64,000 bases of DNA, from assembly GCF_001194135.2 (NCBI RefSeq), contig NC_068986.1, positions 359,859 to 423,858 of the forward strand. Direction: 5' to 3'. This stretch comes from Octopus bimaculoides (taxonomy: Eukaryota). The notes under the pieces were generated by a model. It ran no database searches, was not told the origin of the DNA, and was given only the letters and a program-made list of their open reading frames with translations. The position numbers were made by a program, and so were the translations under genes. Below are positions 38,100-50,030 of the stretch, in pieces (the stretch's first letter is position 1; each line of letters opens with the position of its first letter).

Positions 38100-38305
38100 C
38101 TTTTACTTGTTTCAGTCATTTGACTGCAGCCGTATTGAGTTTGAGTCTAACAAATCGACCCCAGGACTTATTTTTTTAAGACTAGTACTTTACTCTATCG
38201 GTCTCTTTTGCCGAACCGCTAGCTTACGGAGCTGTAAACACGCCAACACTGGTTGTCAAGAGGTAGTGGGGGACAAACACAGACACAAAGACAAGCACAC
38301 ACACA
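38100..38305 (-). mobile_element. SINE family A, 3' half
   Basis: CTTTTACTTGTTTCAGTCATTTGACTGC...CTATCGGTCTCTTTTGCCGAACCGCT...GGTTGTCAAG is the reverse complement of 35110-35290. Confidence 0.8.
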
Positions 38306-38672
38306 TACACGCACATACATATATCTTTATATTAATTTACTTGTTCATTCGCCCTTTATACATTAATTAATTAGAGAGATGGAGGTGGTGTGAGTGAGAG
38401 GTGGAATAAGAGTGAGGCAGAGAGAGGGAGGAGGGAAAAAAGAAGAGAGGAAGAAGTAGAGAAAGGTGATTAGTATGAATACACTTAGGTCAGCTGAAGG
38501 TGGAGGCGAAGAACGGGCGAGAAAAAGAGGGAAAAAGAGGTGGAGAAAAAGAGGGAAAGAGAAGTGTTAAGGACGTGCGGTGGGGGTGAGGAAGGGATAT
38601 TTATTACGCGGTTAAAAATTAGCTGAAGGGAAAGGTAGATTGAGAGAGATGGACAGGGGAGGCAGTTAAATT

Positions 38673-38711
<39 letters not shown>

Positions 38712-39303
38712 GGAGAGAGAGAGAGAGAGAGAGAGAGGCAGATTGTGTTGGTAGTGAAATTTTTTTATTGGACTAATTTTCTTAAAGCGTCCATTGCACA
38801 CGCATAAGTGCAATTATTTATCATTTGCTCGCTTAAAAAAATTGTTACTTGTTTATAGGGGTTAATTTAGCCTAAACTCTGAATTCACAAGAAACGAGGT
38901 TGCAAGCTGCCCGAGAAAGCCTGCACAGAGAGGAACAGTGAGAAGATACAATAAAAAGAGATAAAAGACAACACCAAGCTTCTTCCAGAAGATATCGTTT
39001 AAAATGGCCATATAAAGATACTACGGGATGTGAAACGTGAAACGGATAAGCAAGTAGAACATTCACACCCAAATATTGTGGAACTCAGTAAAGAAGAAAG
39101 AATATGTTTAATCAATGTTGTGTACCCGTTTCATACATGAATACAAAAAAGAATATGACAACAAAAATACCATGACCTAAAATACAAACTTAAAAGATGC
39201 TGTATCATTACCAGTTCAAATATTAAACAGTTCTGCATTTAAGAGATGAGGAATTATGTACATTGTTTACATTTGACGGATATTTGTCAAAGAGCATTGT
39301 ACA

Positions 39304-39375
39304 GGCATATGGCGTAGTGGGTGAGAGCGCAGGCTACTAACCCCCAGATTCCGTGTTCGATTCCAGGCAGTGACC
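39304..39375 (+). promoter_or_regulatory. tRNA-derived internal Pol III promoter (not a functional tRNA)
   Basis: A box TGGCGTAGTGG (39310-39320) and B box GTTCGATTCC (39355-39364). The anticodon-loop-like CTACTAA sits in a broken stem. Confidence 0.7.
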
Positions 39376-39449
39376 TGATTACTAATAATGATAATAACAA
39401 CATCAAAAAATACCTTGGGAATGAGAACCCAGGTTCGAAATTTCCCCAA

Positions 39450-39495
39450 GACATCTGATGAAGGCTGGAGAGTATATCAGCCGAAACGTTGTGTT
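39450..39495 (+). ncRNA. Minimal type I hammerhead ribozyme motif with intact core
   Basis: GACAT-CTGATGA(39455-61)-A-GGCTG[10 nt]CAGCC-GAAA(39483-86)-CGT-T-GTGTT. Stem II is a perfect 5 bp, stem III is the palindrome ACGT, and the predicted GUU cleavage follows 39490. Confidence 0.75.
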
Positions 39496-40534
39496 AGCAA
39501 CAAACAAGATGAGGACAAATATCCGTCAAATGTAAATAATGTACATAATGTAAATAATGTGCAGTTCAAATATGTTCGTCGCAAATTTGGACTCGTAAAT
39601 AAGCCATTCACTGTGTTTTGCCATGGAGAAAATTCCTCGCTGCAGACCGTATAAATACATCGAAATCAGTTCGCAGCGCCACCTATCTAGACTTTAAGTT
39701 GCAAACATTTCAGAGTGGTTATCTCCTTTTCGGTCACTATCACTAGGCAGTGAGAAACTGCGAACTGATAAAAGAGATTATTTCTTTGATGCCATGTCAG
39801 TAACCGCGCGGTGACTGATCAGCGCTATGCGGCGACTCACCGTAAGCAAGTTATGGAGTTGTGAGCGCTAAGCATTGACGTCTATAAATGCAATTTTATT
39901 ACCAGTTCAAATATGCTTGTGGCACGTTAGCACAGCTTAGCACTCCCCCTCCGTAAACTTAAAAGAATCTACACCATCAAGAATCGACACCACAACCTAA
40001 CGACCGTGAACCAAATACCCAAGAAAACTAAGCTACGTGCCTTTGCAGATCACGTCTTGCCATCTTAAAGACCGGACGTATTGCATAGTGAAGTATTAGA
40101 AAAAACTATTAGAAAAATTACTATTTGTAAATCTCACAATGAGAGATATTCAGCAACAGTTCTTTGCAGTAAAGATTATTTGCCAACATAGCATGGCAGT
40201 TCGAGTTTAGGACGAATGTTGGTGTAACTTAGATGTCACCTGAGGCTAAATTACAGCACCATTCGTCCTAAACCAGGACTGCCATGTTATGTTGACAAAT
40301 AATCTTTACTCCAATAGAAAAACTATGTTTGGAAGAAAATGGAATGGCCTGTGATCAGATTTTCGCAATCATCTTTGGCCTGGAACTAAAAGCAATAATG
40401 TTTGCGATAGAGACAAATGAAGAGCTGTTAGCCAATCTTCGACAAACTGAACGTTTGATAGCAGCTGATACACGAATGTCGAGAAAAGTATTCATTCATA
40501 AAATGTATCTGTGTGTGTGTGTGCGCGCGCGCGT

Positions 40535-40589
<55 letters not shown>

Positions 40590-40596
40590 TATATAC

Positions 40597-40630
<34 letters not shown>

Positions 40631-40659
40631 GCGAATGTCGAGAAACGTATTCATTCATA

Positions 40660-40699
<40 letters not shown>

Positions 40700-41397
40700 A
40701 ATTCCAGTTTTCATGAGTTATGTAGGTTAATTTTGAATGCGTCGTGTCTGTGCATATGTGGTATCCGCGAAGATGACTAAGATCGCTACTGTACGATGTT
40801 AAATCATGAGATAATTGTGAGAGATAATTGTTCGGAAATAAGGATTGTCTGATGAGAGGATAAATAACATGCGTTTGGTGCCAACTGTGTCATTGGCCTT
40901 CAAGGCATTTTCTGAGCTTTCAATGTTGTTTTCGCATTAGAAACCGTTCCACTGTTATGTAATACATCGGTGTCCTCACAAACCACGTGCTTTCCACGCC
41001 AACGCACGTTGACTCGCAGAGATCGGCTTGTTGTTATTGTTAGTAAGACGAAGAGACTGTTATGTGTGTGCATGTGCGTGTGTGTTGTGTGTATGCATGT
41101 GTGTATGTGTGGGCTTGTGTCTGTGTGTGTGTCTGATTATGTGTGTGGGCACGTGCACATATACTTATAGATATGTTCATATATATATGTGTGGGCGTGT
41201 GTGTGTGTATAAAATTTGTAGTATAAGATATTAGACCACGTAGTAGTCCATTACAGAGACGTTTAATACAGTCTCCATGCAACTGAAATCCAGAGGCCCG
41301 CTCAATGAAATTACATAAGTACGTGCCATGCGTGCGCGCGTGTGTGTGTGTGTGTCAGAGAGAGAGAGAGAGTGAGTGCATGTCCTTTATCTTCTGT

Positions 41398-41595
41398 CCT
41401 TTACTTGTTTCAGTCATTTGACTACGGCCATGCATCAAGGGTTTTAGTTGAACAAATCAACCCCAAGACCTTTTTAAAGCCTGGTACTTATTCTATCGGT
41501 CCTTTTTGCCAAACCGTTAAATATGGGGACGTAAACATACCAACACTGGTTGTCAAAAGGTGGTGGGGACGAAAAGAAACGCAAATACACACACA
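41398..41595 (-). mobile_element. SINE family A, 3' half
   Basis: TTTTACTTGTTTCAGTCATTTGACTACGGCCATGC...GGTACTTATTCTATCGGTC...GGGGACGTAAACA...GGTTGTCAA. Confidence 0.8.
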
Positions 41596-41736
41596 TATAA
41601 TACACACATACACACCTACACACACATACACACCTACACACACATACATATATATATATGTGAGCGTCTGCAAATACACTACATGTACCACGTCCTCGCG
41701 TTGTTGTTTTTTGTGTTTGTCCTTTTTTTGATTTAC

Positions 41737-41816
<80 letters not shown>

Positions 41817-43339
41817 GGACGCATCCAACTGTTCAGGAGAAGAGTTTTCTCTTGATATCTGATGAGGTGAACGTATCCCACATGGCGATGAATTTAAGAA
41901 GTACCCAGATTCAAGTAAAGTTTTAGAACCCCTGTCCTCCCGTTCAAGCAATGTTTGTATCATCTCTCGTTGACGTATGGTCTAGACTTCCAGGGGCTTC
42001 CATTTAATCCTGTATAACGTTCACTCTTCTTTTAAACACCATGTGTAGCTACCCAAAGGTGTAACGTTGTGCCTCCCTGAGATCCTAAAAGATTTTTGTT
42101 GTTTAACTCTAACCAAGGGAACCTGTGAGCAAAACTATTGCAGCTGTGACCACATTATCTAATGTCGACTTTTTATTTACACGATGGAGTGTGCTTTCAG
42201 TGGTTTATTCTTATTTATTTATTTATTTATTTATCGGTATACAAGTGATAACACAGCGGTTTCTTTGTGGTAGCCACGTATTTTAGTATACATAATAAAT
42301 AAATTATGTAGCGACATGAGTAAAAAATATGCAATATATTAAACATGTAGCCCACTTTGTGAGATAATGCGTACATCACCTGTCTAGCCACGTGTATAAT
42401 ATGCATACGCGTGTAACCGAGAATGTAGAATTCATATACTATACAATATAAAACGTAATTAGCCATGTTTGTCGAATGTATAGGCTACATTTACAAGCAA
42501 GATTATAAAATACACACAACTCGAATTTAGGTCAACATGTGAGTAGTCCGGTGATTTTCAGAATCCGTCCTCGTAATACTTGGATCCCTCTTGGTTTCAT
42601 TTTGGTTTCGTCCATTGTTGTCCTGCGACTTTGACTTCCATCTTCTTCCGACGTCTATGAAATGAGTTGCCATACAAATTTACCGGAGGTCGATAGTTAT
42701 CTAATAGATCGATTAAAAGCAATGCCCCAATGTTGGCGACAATCCAACAGCTGATACCAGTTAAACGAATAAAGAAATACGTTTAAAACAGAAAATAAAA
42801 ACAGTGAAAACACAACGTAAGGAAGTTGAATTAACAGTCATGTTGTGTATTTCTCGTTATCAATCTGATCTTCACAAATTTACTCTTTCTTCTATAACTC
42901 TATATAATACAATACGTAATCAAAATTTATCACAGTGTAATGGAAGCAATGGAAGATTGGTGTTTTATTGGTTTCTCAGAACATTAACGACTTTCTTTTG
43001 CATGGCGTCCATGGATGGGGTTCATTTTATTGGATAATTGGTGTATGAGTTTATTCCTGTGTGTTTTGTGGATAGCGTTGCATTGTAGTATTCGTGTATC
43101 ACTTCATTTTAGTCAGCGACATCTGTCCATCGTTCTTTTTTACATACATACATACATACACTGGGTATTTTTAAGAAAATGCCTTTTATTACTTTATTAC
43201 TTGTCGTCGTCATCAGTTTTTCGTTCTTGGTTGGTTTTGTTATTCATTTGGGCAGCGACATTAAGCGATAGGTCCTCCTTCACAGCGTTAACTTGAGAGA
43301 CCACCGCCTCTGGATATTTATTGAGTGAGTTTATTCTTG

Positions 43340-44100
43340 TGTGTTCTGGGTATAGCATTGCATTGTGGTATACGTACATCGCTTCAATGTAATCGTCATC
43401 ATCTCTTCAACGTTCTCTTTTAACACTGGTAATCTATTTCTTTCTTCTTTATTCGTTGCTTCCTGCAACCCGTTGCTGACCTGTGGGGTTATATCGAACA
43501 GCTGCTGTCGCGTGTAGAACGGATCCGTCTGTAGGCCAAGTCCACAGTAAAGATTACCCCGCCACCCTCTTTTAATCGGACAGGCAAAGCAGTTTTCCTG
43601 TGCCTGATTCCATAAATGTTCCATCGGATTCAAATCTGGGCTCTGCAGAAGCCACTCAATAACAACCATATTATTGCGCTCAAAATACTGCAAAACTTTC
43701 CGAGCCTTATGAACGGGGCAATTGTCCTGCTGGAAAATAGATCCCGATGGCATTTGATTGTTTAAATATGGCAGGACATTTTCATTTACTAATTGCAGAT
43801 AACCTACATTGTTCAGTCTGCCATCAGCCTTCACAACTGGACCAACAACTAAGCTGCTGAACGCCGCCCACACCATTACCCCTCGACCTTCCGCTTGCGC
43901 CGTTTTTTTGACACAGGATGGAATCCTTCAGTTGGATGGCGTCTAACAAAAGTCTTTCCGTCTGATCCAAAGATGCAGAAGTGGGATTCGTCGCTCCTTT
44001 TGACAAGTCTTCGGCTGTCCATTCAATATGGTCTTTAGCAAACTTGATCCGCTTCTGCCGATTCATCTCAGAAATTATCGGCTTACGGATATATCTTCTG
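43340..44100 (-). mobile_element. Tc1-family DD34E transposase pseudogene
   Basis: RKPIISEMNRQKRIKFAKDHIEWT, then after frameshifts VWAAFS..FQQDNCPVH..QSPDLNPMEHLWN. There are exactly 34 residues between the D of QDN and the E of PME. Confidence 0.88.
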
Positions 44101-44466
44101 AGAGTGACTTTATTTACTTACCACAGGATAGAATGCCATGGATTATAACTCATTAAAATGAAGTTCTTACTTTTCCTTACCATGTCTATTACATTACAAT
44201 ACATTATTATTTTTTTTTTTTACCTATTTTATTCTACTATATCTTATTTTACCCAACTCTATTATTCTAACTGAATTTCTCACATGTTAGTTTCCTAACA
44301 TTTGTACTCTCTGAGGAACGGCTCAACCATTATCCAATCTCTGTCCAATGTTTGTTCATCCCTGTATATCACTAACGTGATGAGGATGACTTGGAAGATT
44401 CGGAGACCTCATGGTAGAAACGGCCGTAAGGGATTTATATCTGCACGTTCATCTATTATTATTCAT

Positions 44467-44517
<51 letters not shown>

Positions 44518-44535
44518 TATCTCTCTCTCTGTATG

Positions 44536-44570
<35 letters not shown>

Positions 44571-45149
44571 NNNNNNNNNNNNNNNNNNNNNNNNNNNNNN
44601 NNNNNNNNNNNNNNNNNNNNNNNNNNNNNNNNNNNNNNNNNNNNNNNNNNNNNNNNNNNNNNNNNNNNNNNNNNNNNNNNNNNNNNNNNNNNNNNNNNNN
44701 NNNNNNNNNNNNNNNNNNNNNNNNNNNNNNNNNNNNNNNNNNNNNNNNNNNNNNNNNNNNNNNNNNNNNNNNNNNNNNNNNNNNNNNNNNNNNNNNNNNN
44801 NNNNNNNNNNNNNNNNNNNNNNNNNNNNNNNNNNNNNNNNNNNNNNNNNNNNNNNNNNNNNNNNNNNNNNNNNNNNNNNNNNNNNNNNNNNNNNNNNNNN
44901 NNNNNNNNNNNNNNNNNNNNNNNNNNNNNNNNNNNNNNNNNNNNNNNNNNNNNNNNNNNNNNNNNNNNNNNNNNNNNNNNNNNNNNNNNNNNNNNNNNNN
45001 NNNNNNNNNNNNNNNNNNNNNNNNNNNNNNNNNNNNNNNNNNNNNNNNNNNNNNNNNNNNNNNNNNNNNNNNNNNNNNNNNNNNNNNNNNNNNNNNNNNN
45101 NNNNNNNNNNNNNNNNNNNNNNNNNNNNNNNNNNNNNNNNNNNNNNNNN

Positions 45150-45195
<46 letters not shown>

Positions 45196-45929
45196 CACTT
45201 GCACGAATACATCATGCACATATAACAAAAGTGGCTACTTTCATACATACATATATACATACGTGTGTGCATACACACCTATATTCATGAATGCATGTAA
45301 TGAGATACTGAGAATCTACTGATTGATATTTGGAGATTAGAGATTTCCATCAACAAAGAATTGCATCTTAAAACTGTTCCAAAACTGTAATGAATTCTTT
45401 GACAGGTAAATTGTGTTCTTCATTTAACAAGGGTAATTATATTACAAAATAATACTTTGGTATAAATTATTATGCGAAACATTTTGATAATGCAAAAATT
45501 TCACTTAACACTTCAAAATGACGTCCGCTGGGCAGATGACGCATGGTGGCGGTTAATATCTCCATGAAAACACTTGGAGAATAGAAATTCTCCAAGTGTA
45601 GCTGCTTCATTTTGCTTGCGTTTTTAATGTTCTTAAGAAAGGTGCTTGCCTCTGTGTGTGTGCGCGTGTGCGTGTGTTGCATATATATGTCAGCTGTTCT
45701 GCTGATCGTATCAGCTGGAACCCTCGTCACCGTAACCGATGGAGTGCACCTTTTTTTTACATACATACATATATATATATATAAATACATACACACACAC
45801 ACGCTTACACATAAATATATATGTATGTGTGTACACGTGCGCGCGCGTGTTATATCTGTTTCTCATTTCAAGTAATAAATATAGTTTATTTTACATTAAT
45901 AAATGGCAGCGGTGTGGAAAGTTAAGAAA

Positions 45930-46797
45930 TTGGCTCTATTTGCGCAGGACGAAGGGGTTAGTAGGAGGAATTACACTGGTCCCAGTATTCCTGCCATTTT
46001 TGGAAACCAGCCTGGAAGTCGTTTTCCGTAAGCGAGTCGCGGATCTTCTGCGATTCGCTCTTGATCTCGACAACGGTGTTAAAACGGCGGCCTTTGAGCT
46101 GCATTTTCATCTTGGGGAAGAGATGGAAGTCCGTAGGTGCTGAATCTGGTGGACATGGTTGGTGCGGAAGCGATGCCATGTTGTTTTTGGCGATCAGTTC
46201 ACAAGTGAAGAGAGCTTGGTGCCAGGGTGCTTTGTTGTCGTGAAGAATCCAATTCTTCGTGCTCCACAGATCCGGACGTTATCGCTGAATGTTCTCCTTG
46301 AAACGCTTCAAGACTTCGCAGCAGGATTCTCTATTGACAGTCTGGCCGTAGTGGACGAATTCTCGATGCGCAATACCACATTTTCCGGGTGACTCACGTG
46401 ACAGGTCTTCCAGATCGCTCATCGTCTTCCAGAGACGTTCTTTCGTTTTTTTGAAGCGCCCTTACCACTCGAAACATTGTATACGACCTGTTGCCTCGTC
46501 GCCGCAAGTTTGCCAATGCATGTTCGACGTCTTTGTAACAGACTTCATAACTTTAACGCAAACTTTCGCGGTGGGACTTTGTTCCAACTTCCTGTGCTTG
46601 ACAAGAATCACAGACTACAGTATATGCGTGATCACAAAAATAGAAGTTTTACAACTTACGAAGTAAACACAGCAATATCACTCAGCACACTGCGTCATGA
46701 AGATCACTGGATCCTCTTACTACACACGCAGCCATATGCTGTCATCTGTTTTCGCGCTACAGAACTAGTTCGGGAACTTTTCTGATACCGCCTCGTA
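45930..46797 (-). mobile_element. Internally deleted mariner (DD34D-type) transposon
   Basis: 5' TIR TA-CGAGGCGGTATCAGAAAAGTTCCCGAAC at 46797->46770. N-terminal QCFEW..RTSLEDDERSGRP is joined directly to EFVHYGQTVN..WILHDNKAPWH..PPDSAPTDFHLFPKMKMQLKGRRF, so the middle, including the first catalytic D region, is missing. Confidence 0.9.
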
Positions 46798-47349
46798 TAT
46801 AAATGTTTGTTTTGTTTGTTGTTGTTGTTTTGCTTTTAAAAACCTGCAAAAACAAGCTACAAATTAAAAACACAAGTGAAAGTATCAAAGTGAAACACAA
46901 TGAAAAGTGTTTAAAGAATGCTCTTCAATAATTAACATCAAATGAAAATCAACACGAAACTTTTGGGGAAAAAATTATATTTATGAATAGATAAGAATTT
47001 TACTTTGCATATATATTTTTCGGAACTAACGTAACTTATACACACTCAAAGAGCACTCAGTGAATTCTTTAACCAAAACACAAGATGCATAAATACGAGA
47101 CTACTGTTGTAAAGAAAATGGAGCAGAGGACTTGCAGTCTTATAGTTGAACAAAAGCAATTGGTCATATTTCTTTAAAATATTGTTGGAAACAAATAGAA
47201 AAACAAATATACATTAGTCACAATCTATCATTTATTCAACTTGACGTACTTAAATGTCGATTTACAATCTCTATAAACAAACGAATACAATTTTTTTTCT
47301 ACATCTATTGCGTGGAGTGTGTTTAGGTAAATTGGTGAATTTATATAGT

Positions 47350-47500
47350 GAAAGTGCATGACCGAATGGTTAGAATGTATGGTTTATGATCATAATGCCG
47401 TGGAATCAGTTCTTGGATCGAGTTGCATGTTCTGTCTTTGAGCAAGGTACTTCATTTTACGTTGCTATAATCTGCTCAGTTGTAACGAGAGTCAGCTGGA
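47350..47500 (+). mobile_element. Degenerate third SINE family (C)
   Basis: tRNA-like start plus GTCTTTGAGCAAGGTACTTCATTTTACGTTGCT; the reverse-complement counterpart AGAAAGAAAGTGTGTTGCTCAAGGATACA is at ~37920-37952. Confidence 0.45.
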
Positions 47501-48092
47501 TGAGGACACGACCGGCTCTGTCTCAGATATTCCACTGAATCAAAGTTGAAGTTGAAGTAACCGACGTGGGGTTTATATTTGTTCACGACTGCACACGCAT
47601 CTAAAACAAATTAGCGAAAGTATGAGGTATATTAACAAGCCATACACGCCACAGATTGATGGCTGGTTGTACTGTACCTTACATTCATTTACGATTTTAT
47701 GTATTTATGCTTGACTAGCCGACTTCTGTTAATTTAGTTAATATAAAGTCGAACTTTCATCGAAGTGATCTATTGTTCCTATATTTCACCCCATCGACAA
47801 ATCGTCCTACGCGATCGTGACGAGCGAGTATCACGGGATGAAAAATTAGGTTTCGATAATTTACAAGCCGTTCTGGAAGTAGTTGAGTTCGGCCAATGTT
47901 GATGAACCATGGAACAACCGTTTAGTTGACGATCATGTGGTGTAGAGGAAGGTAGACGCATCTTCTACAACGATAAACAGTGGTTTTACAGGGAGTTACA
48001 TAGTTAGGGGATGCCACCTGTCAAGCGCAGGGCTTCAAGGTTTAGGGACTATTTATGCATAGTCACTGAAATACACAAATACACACACGCAC

Positions 48093-48132
<40 letters not shown>

Positions 48133-48416
48133 GCACATACACACAAACACACATCCACACACAAGCACACACATACACACGCACGCATATATGTCTATAT
48201 CTACATATATCTATCAATGTATGTACATATAACATAGATAGATAAGCTGATAGACAAACAGACAGTTAGATAGATAGATAGATAGATAGATAGTTGGTTA
48301 GTCAGTTAGACAGACAGACAGACAGACAGATAACTATACTTGACGTATTGAATTGTTTTTGCTCGTACATGTAAATGCAAACGTTCTCCTATCTCGCTCT
48401 ATTTCTCAGCATATAT

Positions 48417-48543
<127 letters not shown>

Positions 48544-48811
48544 AGTGTACTTATACATAGTTCAAGGATATCATTATAAATATAGAAACAGTGTACATTA
48601 ACAACAAATTTGATGTTCTATAAGTTTAGAGTAAGATGTATTTGATGATGGTTATTATAAGTCGAGCTTCTAAGCTTCTGCAGAAGCTGGTCTCTGGCGA
48701 GAGCAACGTGTCTTACTTTCAAAATGACGCTGCAATAAGCAACGCTTGGATTTTTTAATCTCTCTTCTATCTTATCTGTTCCTTTTCATTTCCTATTCTG
48801 TTCTTTGCTCG

Positions 48812-49188
48812 CTCTCTCTCTCTCTCTCTCTCACTCTAGTTTTCTTTCCCACTCTCTCTCTCTCTCTCACTCTAGTTTTCTTTCCCACTCTCTCTCTCTC
48901 TCTCACTCTAGTTTNNNNNNNNNNNNNNNNNNNNNNNNNNNNNNNNNNNNNNNNNNNNNNNNNNNNNNNNNNNNNNNNNNNNNNNNNNNNNNNNNNNNNN
49001 NNNNNNNNNNNNNNNNNNNNNNNNNNNNNNNNNNNNNNNNNNNNNNNNNNNNNNNNNNNNNNNNNNNNNNNNNNNNNNNNNNNNNNNNNNNNNNNNNNNN
49101 NNNNNNNNNNNNNNNNNNNNNNNNNNNNNNNNNNNNNNNNNNNNNNNNNNNNNNNNNNNNNNNNNNNNNNNNNNNNNNNNNNNNNNNN

Positions 49189-49219
<31 letters not shown>

Positions 49220-49310
49220 TTTCTCTCTCACTCACTCTAGTTTTCTTTCCCACTCTTTCTCTCTCTCTTTCTTTTTCTCTCTTTCCCTCTCTCTCTCTCT
49301 CTCATGCTTT
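48812..49310. repeat. 36-bp CT-rich minisatellite spanning a gap
   Basis: CACTCTAGTTTTCTTTCCCA+(CT)n units start at 48832, 48868 and 48904 (period 36) and recur after the gap at ~49233. Confidence 0.85.
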
Positions 49311-49406
49311 CTCTCTTTCCGCTACAAGAATTTAATCCGAAACGTTAAAACTTTTCTATTACTCTGAGTACTAAACAAATAAAAGCAAACAAGAATGACG
49401 ACGATG

Positions 49407-49439
<33 letters not shown>

Positions 49440-49534
49440 ATGATGATGATGATAGAATGAAAAGAAATACCACTGCCGAATATGTGGAGATGGAGAAGAA
49501 ACAATAAATCACATTGTCTCTAGTTGCCCAGTCC

Positions 49535-50030
49535 TGTCTATTTCAGAATTTCATTGACATTTTTCGTTTCTTGGTTCGATTTCCATCGATCAACCTTTTT
49601 AAGGTTGCAAATAATGACGCTATCATTCTCTTGTAGTCTTACGTTCATTCTGTCGTAGATTTCCTTCTGTTCATCTGTCACGTCGCCATTAGTTTTATTG
49701 TCTTCTTTTAGATCATCTCTATGTCTCTTCTCGAGTAAACTACCACTGCTCCTTTCCTGTGCTATGAGATTACTTCTATTAGTAAGAACTGTATTTTCAT
49801 TCTTATCTCTGCTGCTATTTTCCATGACCCGTCTTTTGATAGCTTCGAGCTCTACTTCTGTGAACCAGCGATTTTTTCTTATTGCTCTAGCTTGATCACA
49901 TAGTCTCTGTTCCGTGAGTTGAAACAATCCCTTTTCTCTCCATTGATCATACATACGTTTTCGGTAACCCCTAATTTTAGCACCCTTTTCATCTACCGGG
50001 CTGCTCAGGTAGTAACACTCTATGACCACA
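49535..50030 (-). mobile_element. Inverted N-terminal segment of an R4/Dong-like retrotransposon
   Basis: [66 protein letters not shown], an N-terminal motif of R4/Dong-like ORFs. It lies head-to-head with the RT starting at ~50031. Confidence 0.75.

Larger units (their letters stand above)
39228..39560 (+). mobile_element. Non-autonomous PLE-type insertion: inverted terminus, tRNA-like head, (AAT)n, hammerhead and direct terminus
   Basis: 39228-39288 is the reverse complement of the family's 3' end (cf. 10792-10852). The tRNA-like segment is 39304-39375 and the HHR 39450-39495. CAGTTCAAATAT flanks it at 39212-39223 and 39562-39573. Confidence 0.85.

Noticed and set aside
39304-39375. Possible tRNA gene with anticodon ACT
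   Set aside because: Acceptor and anticodon stems are broken and it is embedded in a repeat; treated as a tRNA-derived promoter. The same applies to all SINE heads.
41859-41895. CTGATGAG hammerhead core
   Set aside because: No stem II closed by GAAA follows. The same applies to CTGATGA at 58991-58997 and to the minus-strand one at 37781-37787.
48812-49310. Regularly spaced repeat as a CRISPR-like array
   Set aside because: The spacers are only (CT)n, the context is eukaryotic and there are no cas genes; it is a minisatellite.
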